61,817 nucleotides of DNA from a virus (Duplodnaviria; Caudoviricetes): IMG/VR virus record IMGVR_UViG_3300036906_000071, positions 1-61,817 of that record. The stretch is one strand, 5' to 3'. The position numbers and the translations under genes are program-made. The notes beneath the pieces were generated by a model. That model searched no databases. It saw only the letters and a list, made by a program, of their open reading frames with translations, and was not told the origin of the DNA. Shown here piece after piece: positions 26,501 to 36,654 of this stretch (positions are counted from its first letter, which is position 1; each line of letters opens with the position of its first letter).

Positions 26501-29500
26501 CATCCCCTCCCCGCCCACTCGCAGGTCTGCGTTGTGCAGAAACCTCGCCGCATAGGGGTTGTTTGGGTCTGGCTCGGGCTGGTCTAAGAGTTTCTGTGCT
26601 GCTTCTTTGCCGATGATGTCTGCGAGTCCATCCCGTGTGGTCTTTACGCTGTCCATCACGCGCCGATGGTTGAGGTCGGTTGCCGTGATGTCGAGATCGT
26701 CGCCGCGGCCATTCAGGGTTATGTCGTTGATCTGTTTGCTCAGGTAGTACCGCTTGGCCTGCTCTTCGCCCGGCGTCCAGCTCACCCCATCGTAGCCATT
26801 GTCCGCGGCGTACTTCACCGCCCGGCGGAAGGCCATCTCGTGCCAGTCCTTCTTGAAGGGCGCGTCGGGAACGCTATTGCCAAAATTGTGTCGTGTGCGC
26901 TCGTCTTCCAGTGCTTGCTCGGCCAGTCGCGCATCACGCCAGGTGTTGATGCTCTGAATATCTCTCGGGTCGGTCACATCCCATCGTTCAGCCCAGTCGG
27001 GATGTCCAAGCACTGCGCTTCTGGCTTGCCCCATCGTGTCATATCCAAGATTGTCTGATCTGTTAAACGCGGCCACTGAGTCTGCAGCGGTGACAGATCG
27101 GAGATCATTTGCTGCTTTGTATCGTGCAGTAAACTCTTCCGCTTCAGGAGTTTTATACCCTCGTGCCCGCCCCTTCTGGTGCCAGTCGCTCTGAATCTCC
27201 TCGATGTGCAGCAGCTTCTTCCCATCCGGCGCGGTGCGGTCGTTGAAGCGGATGTGCGCCAGCACGTCATCTTCAGCCCAGTGGCCGCTATGAAACGATT
27301 GCCCACGTTCCAATCCCATGGCTGCGCGGGTGCCGGGCTTAGCGCGGCTAGCCGGATCAGAAAGTATCAGCAGCTTCTCCCGGTAGTTCTCCCCGCCAGG
27401 CAGGGTGTAGGTGCCATACTTCGGCTCTGAACTACGATCGCTCTCGGAGCGTTCAGACAATGCGCGGCTGTTCATTAGGTTTGTCAGATAGTGGGCGGCG
27501 CGTATTCGCGCACTGCCTACGTACCCCTGATCAACCTGAAACTCGCGGCCTGTGTTTGGATCGTTGGCCACATACTGGTGCTCGGTCTTCCGCACATCGC
27601 TAGCTTCCAATCGCACCTGTGGGCGTTCCTTGGGTACATGGTCGCCCTTTGTCACCTCTTCCACTTTGATTGTGTTCTCGGCCAGGTGCTGTTGCACCTC
27701 GGCGGGCGTCACCCTCGGCCTGCCGCGCAGCTCTTCCAGCCCGCTCCACTTCAACTCCTCGGCCTTCACGCCGTTGTTCTCCAGCATCCGCACCAGCGCG
27801 TCGCCCGGCATCGGCCCCTTCATCTTCTCGCCCAGGATGCGCGCGCTCTTCAAAAACCACGGATTCTGCCGGTTCGCTTCCTTGTCCTCCACAGCCCGCT
27901 GGAAGAGAATGCTTCCCTCACTCCTCGGCGCATCGTCCCGGGTCTGGATGGTGTAGACCTTTGCTGGTAGCTGCTCGCCCTGCCGCTTGGCATACTCTGC
28001 GCGATGCGTTCCCTCATACAGCACGTCGCCGCCCGCTGTGCGCACAACCTCCGCCGCTGGAAAGTCCTTTGCGCTGACATTCGACCTCTTCCAGTCCGCG
28101 AGCTTGCCTTCGCGCGTCCAGTCCTGAAGCCGCGTCAGCTTTGCCGGATCGACCGCCTCCCGCTCAATCGACAGGATCTTTACGCCCGGCTGGTTCTTCA
28201 GCCAGTGGTCCAGCGTGTAGGCACCCGTCTTGCCCCGGGTCAGCATGTCCACTACTTTTTCGTTTGGCTTCTCTTCCGTCCGCTGGAAGAGCGTGTCCTG
28301 CCCGCCCGCGCCCGTGCCAAAGAATAGCGGCGACTCCCGCTCCATCTGTCCCGCTTTTTTGCTGATGTTCGCGCCCGGCTCCCGCAGCCGCTCGGTCAAC
28401 TCCCGGCCCTGCTGCTCCGCCTCGGCCTGCGCGCGCTCCGCATCCGCGCCCTCCATCCCCGGCAATGCCCGGCTCGGCGGCGGCTTCGGCGGCTGGAGGC
28501 GGCTGCCTTCCCGCGCACTTCGATACTGTTGATGGCTGAGACGATAATCCCCGCGATCCCTGCCGGCGGTCTCCTCTGCCTGCGTGCGCGGACGCACTTC
28601 AGCCTGCCGGGCTTGTTCTCTGAGGCGCTCAAGTTCGCCGTCCAGTTGGTCGAGAAGGTCGTTGGCGCGGGCCTCCTGTGGGCTGCCCTCTTTCGCCGCA
28701 CTGTAGGCACGGGCGGCCTTCTCCCAGCGCTCCTCCGCATCCCGGATCGCAGCATCGCGCGCTGTAACCTCCTCGCGCTCCCGCACCAAATCTTCCATGC
28801 CAGGAAAAGCAACCGAAGTGCCTTTCAGGGGCTCATATCCCGCAGGCCGCGCCCGCTGGAAGGCGGGCGGTATCGGTGGCTTGCCTTGTTGCGCTCTCTT
28901 TTCGAGGATACGCTGTGCCGCCTGCACTGCTTCATTGTCGGGATGCCCCGCTGCGGTACGCGCCAGCCGCTGGCTCTCTGTCATCTCGCGGATCTCGCCG
29001 GCGGCCAGCGCGTGGCTGTAATCCTGGCGCAACGCTTCACGCCGCTCGGTCAGAGCGGCATCTTTCGCATCTTGATTTTTGAGTGCCGCTTTCCAAGATG
29101 TGTGGCTTGTGCTGCTGTTGCTCCGTGAGAGTGCCGGGTCCCCATATCCCTGCCGTCCAGCATCGTGTTGCGCCGCGTAGTCCTCAAAGTCTCGGTAGAG
29201 AGGTGTGGTCAGTTCACCTTGCGGCGCGCCGCCTTCTGAAACACCTCGTTCGCCACCTTCAGCAATGGGTCGTCCTCCACCCCGGTCATGTGGACCGGCC
29301 CCATCTGTTTGGCGAACTTCGCCCCCAGTTTGTCCACCGCCGCCTCGTGCCGCCGATGCACTGCGTCCCGCAGCGCCTTGGTTGTACTCGTCGCCATAGT
29401 CGTACCCCCTGCGTACCTCGTCGATCACCGCCTTCAACCGCGGATCGGTCTCCGGCAGGTCCTGCAGAATCCCAGGCCCTTTTTCTTCCACAGCCTCGGT

Positions 29501-32500
29501 CAGGAACGAGCGTACCATACTTACGCGCTCTTCGTCGCCGATTTTAAACGCTGGATCGCCCGCCATGGCCTTCGCCATCAGCTCCATCGCCACCACCGAT
29601 GGCTTGGCCTCTCTATAGCCTATTCTGCGCAGCCCATCGGCAATCTCCGCAAATTCAGGCTGATCGGCCACGCTGGTCATCGCGTAGGAGTTGTCCAACC
29701 CATGCTCGCGCTGCCACTGGTGCGCCGCCTCCTCCCGCGCCGTGTCCCCGCGGTAGTCTCCGCGCAGGATCGAAGCCCCACCCTGCTCGTTCTGCGCCTC
29801 CTTCAGCAGCTTCACCATCCGCTCATAGCCCGCCCGCGCGCCCTCGTCCGGCATCCCCAAAGCGTCTAAATCCCCCTGGACTGCCTTCATAAACGCAATG
29901 GCCGTGTTGACCTGTTCCTTGGTCAGCGTCATCCCAGTCCAGCTCTGCCGCGCGCCCAGCAGCTTGCCCAGCTTCGAGTCTTTGATCTGGCCAAACAGCC
30001 GGTGCCACACCCCCTCGCCGTCCGCATCCAGCACCAGATGCTTCCGCCCGCCCGCCTCCACCACCGCGCTCTTGTGCGCTGCGGCGTTCTCGTGCTGGTC
30101 GCGGCCAACAGCGGCGGCAAGTTGAGACTTGCGGTTGGAAGCTCGCGTCTCGTTCTCTGCAATTTCTTTGTCTTGGGGGTTTAGTACTTGACTCCGAACT
30201 TCGGGTCGTCCTTCGCCCGCTTGTGCAGATCCTCGATCCCCTTCTGTGCGATCTCGCGGGCCACCTGCTTCAGTGGCACCTGCTGCGCTGGGGAGGATAC
30301 TTGGGGCTTCGGCTGCTGCATAGATTGCCTTTCCTCTGTCACCATCAAAGACCCCCTTGTCCTTCAGGGCCTTTAACTCTTCCTGCATCTGCTGTGCTAC
30401 TTCATCCTGCTTCAATTGTTTCATTTCCTCGAGCGTTTGTCGAGTGTTTTCCAGAAGTTTTTCGCTGCCCTTGGCTCCGGAGTTATCGATCCCCTGGACC
30501 CCAATCTGGTCTCCGTACTTGTCCATCATGGCCAGCAGGGTCTTTGGCAGGTCGGTGTAAGCCTTTGCCATGTAGTCCACATTCACCGTGCGTCCAATGC
30601 CCGGCTTGCCATCGTGGCCTACCGCTCGCATCACCATCCGGTTGACCGTGGTTTTGGGGTCATCCACATAGATCCAGCGAATCACCGGCCGGCGCCCGCT
30701 CGCCAGTATCTTGTCAATCAGGATCGAGGAATCCTTTGGGTCGGTCATAATGTCTTCCACCCGCAGTCCAACCCTCGATTCCGCCTCTGCACTCTGAGTG
30801 AAGGTCTTCCCACTGCCAGGGCTTGCCGTCACTATGTCCACCATATCCTTACCGGCTTTTACCGGCGCCGCCAGTTCTGTGTTGAGGGCTGCCGAGGCAA
30901 CCGCCGCGGCTGAGGTGTGGACGTCGCGCTCAGCGCGCGTTGGGTCTTTCTGAAAGTCGGAATACATCTCCTTGGCCGCATCCGTCGCAATCGTGGCAAC
31001 CCCGTCGACTGAATGCTTGGCTAGGTACTGGTCCACCAACTTCGGCAGGTTCTCTTTGGTGTAGTTGATGTTGGCTTTTTCTGCGTCGCTGCCCGTCACT
31101 GGCGCCATGGACCCTTTCCGCTGGTCTGGCCCCACATACCGTTTGCTACCGGCTTTTACCGGTTCGGGCAGGCGCATCTCACCCACCGGCACATTGCGCA
31201 CCTTTGTTCTGGCAGCGTCGTCCAGCGTCACCCGTCCGCTGGCTTTGTTCCCATTCCACCCAGGGTTGTAGTGTTCCAGCGTGCCCGGCCGCCACTCGCC
31301 GTCCGGGCCGCGAACCTCCACTGGCGTCGACTGCCTCCCCGCCGTCCACGCTACTCTGCGTTCTGCTGACCCGGCTCCGGCTGCTGCTGCTGCTGGGCGC
31401 TCGGCTCCGGCTCTGCGGGTGGGGGGGATGGGGGGACGGCCGGCTGGCCGTGCTTGCGCAGCTTCTTGAACTCCCGCACGGCCGCTGTCTGCTCCGCCAG
31501 GGACAGCTTTTGATAGCTCTGCCCGGATGTCGTCGTAGGCTCGCTGTTTGATGCCATTTGCGTTCCCTCCGTCCGCCAACTCTCTGGCCGCGCGGTTCAG
31601 GATATCGTCAATTGTACCCCCGCGCGTGCTCAGTCGATCGTAAATTTCTTGCGCCTGCGCCGCGTCGCGCGCGATCCTGGCATTCTCTTCCGGCTTCAAC
31701 TGCTGGCCCTCAACCTTGCCCAACATCGCCGCTTTGCCTGTATCGGCCACGCTCTGGAATGTCCGCCGTTCCTGCGCAATCCTGTCGCGCACAGCACTCG
31801 AAATCTCCGCCTTCTCCAGCGCCAGGCTGCGCGTCATCTCCTGCGCGCCAAACAATCCCTGCTGTGTCTCGGTGGTCTGTTGCGCACCTTTCACCATCCG
31901 GGCGAGTTCGTCGACCACATCGTCCGTAACCTTGCCGCCCTTCGCCTCCCGCTTCTGAATCAGTTTGACGATGGCTTCCTGGTCCGCCGCGTCCGCCGTG
32001 GCGTTGCCAATGGCAATGGCCCGGCCCTGGCGGAGCTTGCCGCTTACTACCTGATCGAATAGGCTGGGGTCCAACCGGCTTAGCGCAACCCCGTTGGCCG
32101 CCGTTGCCTCACCCATGCTTATTCCCAAGTCGTCCAGCTTCTCCGGGGTAAATCCCGAGTCGCGGAAGAACTTCGCGGCATCCATCGCCGTCCCGCGCCC
32201 TTCGGCTATGTTCTGCAGCGCTCCCACCGCCCGCGCCGCCGCCGCCGTCGGTGCGTCGATCTTCTTCACATCAATGTCCGGTACACCGTTCTCCTGCGCC
32301 AACTGTAAGCGATGATGCCCATTCACCGCGTAAGTTTTGCCAGTCTCAGGGTCCTTCCATACACTGACAACCCCGGCCAGGTCGTTGTTCCACTTCCGTC
32401 CCTTTAGCAGGTTGGTCACACCAGATCTGTCAGTGTTCATCTTGTACTGAAAGCGCTGAGGATCGAGCGTGATGTCACTTACCGGCATTCGCACCACGCC

Positions 32501-35194
32501 GTCAGCCTTCTGCGCTTCGGAGATGGCCGGCTCGCTCGCCACCGGCAGCGTCACCCCCTGCACTCCGCGTGCGGGTTCTGGCGCTACGACTTGCGCTTCG
32601 CGGGTGGCTTCGGGGCGCGCGGCGGGAGCTTCCGCCCCTTGCTGGCCTGGTTCCACTCCTCCACGTTCACCCCCTGTTGCTCCAGCTTCTTGCGGTGGGC
32701 GTTGAAGAACGCCTCCTGCGCCTTGCTCCGGTACGGCATTGGCTGTCTCCTGTCTCGTCCGCGCCGCTTGCTCGGCCGCCTCGTGCTGTTGAATGATCTT
32801 GCGCTCCAGTACCTCGGCCTCGGCGTCCTTGCCCTGCTGGCGAAGCTCCTGGGCCTTGCGGTAGTCGTCGTGCGTCGCCTCCGCCGCGCGCTCCATCTCC
32901 GGCGTCTGGATCAGCACCTCGGCCCGCTTCACCGGCTCATTTTCCACACCCGCTTCGCGAGCAGCTCCCTCAGTGTTGACAATGGCTTGCGTCTGCCGGA
33001 CGGCATTCTTGCCCGGCTCGCCTGTTACCGTGCCGTTCACGCTCTCCACCGGCATCGTCTGGTCCAGGTTCCGCAGCACATGGTCCGCCGCCGCCTGGTC
33101 CGGCACCGTCACCTTCGCGGCTGCAATATCACCAATTTGGCTCGGTGCTACGCCCTGCTCTTCAGTTTTATTGATGATGCGCCCACTGTCTTTTGAGTCA
33201 CGCACCGCCTTCAAATTCGCGCCGGGTACTCCTTCGGTTGCCGCCTCCACCGCATCTCCAATGTGGGGTGCTTGCCTCTCCGCGCTCGCGCGCAGTGCTT
33301 CCACATCGTTTGTGGCGTGAAGTGGCGGCTTTCGCGCGGCATCTGCCATGACTCGCCGCTGTCCCTCGGAGTTTATCTCAGAGGGTGAACCACCACCCTG
33401 GACTGCCTCCGCAACGCGCGTAGCGGCCTGCTGCGCCCGATACTCTGCCACCGCCTCCGGTTTGATGGGTAGTACCTTGTCCATCACCCCCTCAACTCCA
33501 CCCTTCACCGCATGGCGCGCGGCCATCCCAGCCATCGCACCATCGATGATTGCCGAGGTAGCCAGCGCTGCCGCTTTCTCATGGTCGCCAGCCTGATAAG
33601 CCTTCCATGCCTCCGGCGTCTCTTGAATCACCCCGCGCGCCATCTGTCCGCCAAAATACAGGCTCACCAACTTCGATTCCGGCATGGTGGCAATCAGCGC
33701 AGCTTGGTCAAGCCGGCTGAAGTCGCTGAGTTTGTCGCGTACAGCTTTGGCCACCGCACCTGGGATTCCAGTAGAGCTCTGCCTCCAATTTCGGGTCAGC
33801 AACTCTCGCTGTTGCGGAGTTAGCCTGGTTGGGTCAATGTTCCCTTTGGCAGCCTCGCCCTTCAGCACTGCAACCTGGTCCTGCTCCTCGGCGGTCAGCG
33901 GTACATCGCGTGGGATCAGACGTGGGACGCGCGATTCAAGATCGGCGGTGGTGGTTGCCTTCTGTTGGCCATACTGCTGCTCCTCGGCTGGAGTCAGACG
34001 ATGGATGTTGCCCAGTTGTGCGCGGTCTTTGTCGGTGAGTAGAAGGCTCTGGACAATGCTCCCGTAGCCCTCCTTCTCCATCGGCACACCCTGCGCAGCC
34101 ACGTCGCGCGGTGTAGGCAGGGGTGCCACTGTGGGCGATGCGGGAGTATAGGGCTGGATGTGGGGTGCTGTACGTCCGTTGATGTTGGGCAGCGCCGCTT
34201 GCTGTTCATGGAGTTGCTGGGCATAGGCTGTGGCATGTTCCGGTGTGTCGAAAATACCAATGGTTTTGCCGTACTTCTGATAGTAGGCTTCAGCCTCTGA
34301 GGGTTTGCCGTTGATGCGCTTATCGGACAGAATATGAGGCGGTTTTCCATCCTCGCCGTCGGTGACGCGCGGCACTAAAACCTCACCCTGATCCGTTCCA
34401 AAGCTGGTTGACCAAAGTGTGCTTGACTGATTGGGACCAGCCTGGGGATTGGGAACAATCGGGCGATCATTGATGTTAACGTTGCTGCTGCCGTGTTTCA
34501 TCCCAACCGGGTTTCCCCACACTGTCTGGGGCACACTGGCGCGCACCTGTTGCGCTTGCTGGCCCATTGTTGTAGGTTCTGGCAGCTTCGGAAGACGGTA
34601 GGCAACATCCCCCGCGTGCTCACGCGCAAGCTCACGGTTGGCGCCCTCCTCCAGACTTTGAGCCTGAAAGGGGCTGGCCGGCGGCGGCGCGAGCGGGGCG
34701 GGACCGGGGGCATTCAGGGGATTGTCGGCAGTGGTTGGTACGGGGGCTTGACCGGGCCGCGCCAGCAGTTGCGGCAGAGTCGTAGGAGCAGACTGTAACT
34801 GATACTGTGTATCGCGGGCGGCGATAGGGGTTGCTGGGCGAGGCGCTGTGTATAGGAATGGGTTGGGGGGCTTGGGTGCCCCACCCGCCGCTGCCTGTGG
34901 TGCAGCAACCCCACTATTTGCAGGAGATATGGGTTTATTGGGATCGCCACTTGAGCGCATACCCACCGGAGCACCAGAGACTCCTCTGCTGTAGACCGTG
35001 GGCGTAAACCCAGCCTCGGTCTGCTCCATTGTGGGGTATCCCAGTGGTTGAGTTGGAGGGTGTAAAGCATCCGGTGCGGTTGCCGACCCGATGACCTTAT
35101 ACCCGTCGGGGATGTCGCTGTAGGCCGGCGGCGGGGCCGATGGCAGTACCTTGTAGCCATCCGGCACATCGCTATATTGCTGGCTACCGTCCAT
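23534..35194 (-). CDS. Giant polyvalent internal virion (ejection) protein, ~3,886 aa
   Basis: TAATG overlap with the upstream gene; RelA/SpoT-like, ParB-like (VNGHHR), zeta-like P-loop (ASPGSGKT), zincin-like (REEAAH) and EEIQSDWHQ segments; last of the ejection genes. Confidence 0.9.
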   Translation of the reverse strand: MDGSQQYSDVPDGYKVLPSAPPPAYSDIPDGYKVIGSATAPDALHPPTQPLGYPTMEQTEAGFTPTVYSRGVSGAPVGMRSSGDPNKPISPANSGVAAPQAAAGGAPKPPNPFLYTAPRPATPIAARDTQYQLQSAPTTLPQLLARPGQAPVPTTADNPLNAPGPAPLAPPPASPFQAQSLEEGANRELAREHAGDVAYRLPKLPEPTTMGQQAQQVRASVPQTVWGNPVGMKHGSSNVNINDRPIVPNPQAGPNQSSTLWSTSFGTDQGEVLVPRVTDGEDGKPPHILSDKRINGKPSEAEAYYQKYGKTIGIFDTPEHATAYAQQLHEQQAALPNINGRTAPHIQPYTPASPTVAPLPTPRDVAAQGVPMEKEGYGSIVQSLLLTDKDRAQLGNIHRLTPAEEQQYGQQKATTTADLESRVPRLIPRDVPLTAEEQDQVAVLKGEAAKGNIDPTRLTPQQRELLTRNWRQSSTGIPGAVAKAVRDKLSDFSRLDQAALIATMPESKLVSLYFGGQMARGVIQETPEAWKAYQAGDHEKAAALATSAIIDGAMAGMAARHAVKGGVEGVMDKVLPIKPEAVAEYRAQQAATRVAEAVQGGGSPSEINSEGQRRVMADAARKPPLHATNDVEALRASAERQAPHIGDAVEAATEGVPGANLKAVRDSKDSGRIINKTEEQGVAPSQIGDIAAAKVTVPDQAAADHVLRNLDQTMPVESVNGTVTGEPGKNAVRQTQAIVNTEGAAREAGVENEPVKRAEVLIQTPEMERAAEATHDDYRKAQELRQQGKDAEAEVLERKIIQQHEAAEQAARTRQETANAVPEQGAGGVLQRPPQEAGATGGERGGVEPGQQGAEAPAARPEATREAQVVAPEPARGVQGVTLPVASEPAISEAQKADGVVRMPVSDITLDPQRFQYKMNTDRSGVTNLLKGRKWNNDLAGVVSVWKDPETGKTYAVNGHHRLQLAQENGVPDIDVKKIDAPTAAAARAVGALQNIAEGRGTAMDAAKFFRDSGFTPEKLDDLGISMGEATAANGVALSRLDPSLFDQVVSGKLRQGRAIAIGNATADAADQEAIVKLIQKREAKGGKVTDDVVDELARMVKGAQQTTETQQGLFGAQEMTRSLALEKAEISSAVRDRIAQERRTFQSVADTGKAAMLGKVEGQQLKPEENARIARDAAQAQEIYDRLSTRGGTIDDILNRAARELADGGNANGIKQRAYDDIRAELSKAVPGGADSGRAGVQEAAQARPAGRPPIPPTRRAGAERPAAAAAGAGSAERRVAWTAGRQSTPVEVRGPDGEWRPGTLEHYNPGWNGNKASGRVTLDDAARTKVRNVPVGEMRLPEPVKAGSKRYVGPDQRKGSMAPVTGSDAEKANINYTKENLPKLVDQYLAKHSVDGVATIATDAAKEMYSDFQKDPTRAERDVHTSAAAVASAALNTELAAPVKAGKDMVDIVTASPGSGKTFTQSAEAESRVGLRVEDIMTDPKDSSILIDKILASGRRPVIRWIYVDDPKTTVNRMVMRAVGHDGKPGIGRTVNVDYMAKAYTDLPKTLLAMMDKYGDQIGVQGIDNSGAKGSEKLLENTRQTLEEMKQLKQDEVAQQMQEELKALKDKGVFDGDRGKAIYAAAEAPSILPSAAGATEAGGPRDRTEGDRGSAQAGEGRPEVRSQVLNPQDKEIAENETRASNRKSQLAAAVGRDQHENAAAHKSAVVEAGGRKHLVLDADGEGVWHRLFGQIKDSKLGKLLGARQSWTGMTLTKEQVNTAIAFMKAVQGDLDALGMPDEGARAGYERMVKLLKEAQNEQGGASILRGDYRGDTAREEAAHQWQREHGLDNSYAMTSVADQPEFAEIADGLRRIGYREAKPSVVAMELMAKAMAGDPAFKIGDEERVSMVRSFLTEAVEEKGPGILQDLPETDPRLKAVIDEVRRGYDYGDEYNQGAAGRSASAARGGGGQTGGEVRQTDGAGPHDRGGGRPIAEGGERGVSEGGAPQGELTTPLYRDFEDYAAQHDAGRQGYGDPALSRSNSSTSHTSWKAALKNQDAKDAALTERREALRQDYSHALAAGEIREMTESQRLARTAAGHPDNEAVQAAQRILEKRAQQGKPPIPPAFQRARPAGYEPLKGTSVAFPGMEDLVREREEVTARDAAIRDAEERWEKAARAYSAAKEGSPQEARANDLLDQLDGELERLREQARQAEVRPRTQAEETAGRDRGDYRLSHQQYRSAREGSRLQPPKPPPSRALPGMEGADAERAQAEAEQQGRELTERLREPGANISKKAGQMERESPLFFGTGAGGQDTLFQRTEEKPNEKVVDMLTRGKTGAYTLDHWLKNQPGVKILSIEREAVDPAKLTRLQDWTREGKLADWKRSNVSAKDFPAAEVVRTAGGDVLYEGTHRAEYAKRQGEQLPAKVYTIQTRDDAPRSEGSILFQRAVEDKEANRQNPWFLKSARILGEKMKGPMPGDALVRMLENNGVKAEELKWSGLEELRGRPRVTPAEVQQHLAENTIKVEEVTKGDHVPKERPQVRLEASDVRKTEHQYVANDPNTGREFQVDQGYVGSARIRAAHYLTNLMNSRALSERSESDRSSEPKYGTYTLPGGENYREKLLILSDPASRAKPGTRAAMGLERGQSFHSGHWAEDDVLAHIRFNDRTAPDGKKLLHIEEIQSDWHQKGRARGYKTPEAEEFTARYKAANDLRSVTAADSVAAFNRSDNLGYDTMGQARSAVLGHPDWAERWDVTDPRDIQSINTWRDARLAEQALEDERTRHNFGNSVPDAPFKKDWHEMAFRRAVKYAADNGYDGVSWTPGEEQAKRYYLSKQINDITLNGRGDDLDITATDLNHRRVMDSVKTTRDGLADIIGKEAAQKLLDQPEPDPNNPYAARFLHNADLRVGGEGMKGFYDKMLPDYARKFGKQWGAKVGETFVDAPSTKLDRGYDIYRPGQTESYAGPWDTAEEAAQHKDSPNDEVRMRAATKVPVLDITPEMRKAVGEQGVSMFQKSEDKEYKPDWVKEAQGRGEWEPMPRPERTEPAEEQRPLPLGGPSVWKRALGAYTDWRDEAPNAGSDTRELLRDKRGQMDRSVLQLKQSLGEMRKDFEGLAKAKTADMIDSWEHGRFDEIDPKHREQAKVLYNIGLDDWHALEKLDPEKFQNFLQNHYPHIWDRSSPGYAKVFGKQGSIFGNKKFLQPREIRYFKTALDYHLEPKSWNPVDAILERHLAIRRYIFAQDTIQQMRGQGLLRMFKSPKDAPADWTQINDRFATVTHMNADGERVLDGHYYAPDAAAKSFNNFVSQGLIGRNAMLDAAFDVNRSMNATQLALSAFHATASTVNLAIGDISLGLEEALQGRGLSAAKHIARGVSTVGPVARHLYVGNKVLREYYEAGARPSRYNLLERTVAPMGEYLNPGSAARYQAEVNWITRSGWRPEQALRLDAPRWKQVTEDIRRGDWFKGAKGAVPATIDLAGSWLMRGMIPRIKAGTLQDMTANILAEATRRGWDDAEIRRRVQDASDSVDYRYGQMIYDNRFWNKTAQHLAQLGVRSVGWQSGTYMEYGGAVTDTARAFARAAARRRPELTHKMAFSLATPIFTGMFSAAATYLMTGHAPDTEKHGLKAYAMVETPDGTMLSIPGYTKNLMAVGEDVAQNTVPWRTAFNFASPGINVAAEMMMNSDYYGRQIRNEDDPWFSRNLGSSQAGEYAKYIASKYVPFSIESMQRQRQNAGGGEFSDITKKSLGLMGLLGYAGFQPATKIVQNSSAMNLAEHYMQENPEAPRTREQAEHSESERNLVQALRAGNLDDRKLNEALVDGKITEREFQTAQEEAFEPPLERMAKRLSLQQNLQIWKKATPEERAALQGVIGKKANEAYVKDPASMEPFEAELNDVMKVDSNP

Positions 35195-36654
35195 TATGCC
35201 TTCACCCACTTGCCGTTGGTCTTCACTTCAACCGTGCCATCCGGTGCCTGGCGGTGAGTTCCGTCCGGGGCTGGCTGTGGTTTTGCTGCGGCGTTTGGTG
35301 CTGCTGGCGCCGGTGCAGCAGTATCCGGTTTCCACGATCCATCCGGTTGAATGGTCATGTGGTTAGCCGTGCCGCCAGCTTCTTCGAGGGCAGATTCGTA
35401 CTTGTCCTGGGCCTCCTGCATGTCCGCCAACCAATTCTGTAGTGTATACCGCCCCCCTGCCTTATCCCTCCTGTCGCGTAGCAGGGTCGTCGCAGCATCC
35501 ATTGCAGACTTCTTTTCGTCGAGTATCTTGTTGGCGAGGGCCGGAGGAATCGGTGCGCCGGAGCCTTTGTCTGGCCGCCCTGCCGCCGTGGTATTGATCT
35601 GCTCGAGTGCCTCCATGGTTAGCTTCTGGCCGGGGTTGTTCTGCCGCCAGACGCTCAGTGCTTGGCTGCGCGCAATCTCCTCCGCCGTCGCCTGTCGCGG
35701 GTCGAAGAGCTTCCCATTCGCCCTGAAGAAGGTGGCATTTTGCCCCGTCAGCCCCAGCCGGTTCGCCTGCGTGTTCCATGCGTCGAAATTCGCCAACATC
35801 TCCAGCGACTTTGCCTTGGCCTTGGCCTCCGGCGTCTCGTTTGCATTCCGCGCCGCCGCATCCACAGATTCGTTCGCGTTCTTCACATTCGCGTTGGCCC
35901 CGGTTGTCAGGTCGCCGGCCAGCTTGCCGCTCGCGTCAATCTGCTTTGCCTTGGCGGCTGTCGCGTCCACCCGCGCCTTCCAGGCCTCCTTCGCCACCGC
36001 CGCCTGGGCCTGCGTATCGCCAAGCTCCTGCTTCCGCTCGGCCTCTTCCCGCCCATAGCTGGCGTTCGGCGCGCCATAGGCCGTCCCGCCGCGAATGTCC
36101 TGCGGCTCGATCGCGCCCACCAGCCCTCCGGGAATCCCACCCGTCAGGTATCCAACCGCGCCCGACCGCACTCCCCGCCCAATCCGCTGCATCACGGTCG
36201 GCTTATACTGCGCCAGCATCGCTCCCGTGCCCTCGCTCCGCCCCGCCGCCGTGTCCTCCGGCGTCATCGTCCGCAGCGGCGTTGGGGCGCTCTTCGCCGC
36301 AGCCTTCTGGTTCAGCGCATCCAGTTGTGGATTGTCTGTCGGGATCTCGTTCTCCGCCCCCGCAGCCGCCCCCATCTCCCGCTGCAAGCCCGCCAGCCCA
36401 GCCATGCTGTAGTCCTGCGCCGTCGTCGGCGATGCCGTCGCCGGAATGGGCGCTGCTGCCGCCGGTGCTGAAGCTCCGGCCGGCGGAGGCGTTCCCTGGC
36501 CGGCGGTCTCCGCTCTGGGATAGCCCTGGCTATAGGCTGGCACGGGGACATCCCGAATCGCCATCAGCTCATCGATCGACAATGGCGTTGCCGCGCTGGG
36601 ATACTTCGCCAGATCGCCCGAATCCAGGTTGCTGCTGTACTTATCGTCCGCCAT
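35194..36654 (-). CDS. Internal virion/ejection protein
   Basis: Ala/Gly-rich with a short hydrophobic segment; genomic position. Confidence 0.7.
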   Translation of the reverse strand: MADDKYSSNLDSGDLAKYPSAATPLSIDELMAIRDVPVPAYSQGYPRAETAGQGTPPPAGASAPAAAAPIPATASPTTAQDYSMAGLAGLQREMGAAAGAENEIPTDNPQLDALNQKAAAKSAPTPLRTMTPEDTAAGRSEGTGAMLAQYKPTVMQRIGRGVRSGAVGYLTGGIPGGLVGAIEPQDIRGGTAYGAPNASYGREEAERKQELGDTQAQAAVAKEAWKARVDATAAKAKQIDASGKLAGDLTTGANANVKNANESVDAAARNANETPEAKAKAKSLEMLANFDAWNTQANRLGLTGQNATFFRANGKLFDPRQATAEEIARSQALSVWRQNNPGQKLTMEALEQINTTAAGRPDKGSGAPIPPALANKILDEKKSAMDAATTLLRDRRDKAGGRYTLQNWLADMQEAQDKYESALEEAGGTANHMTIQPDGSWKPDTAAPAPAAPNAAAKPQPAPDGTHRQAPDGTVEVKTNGKWVKA

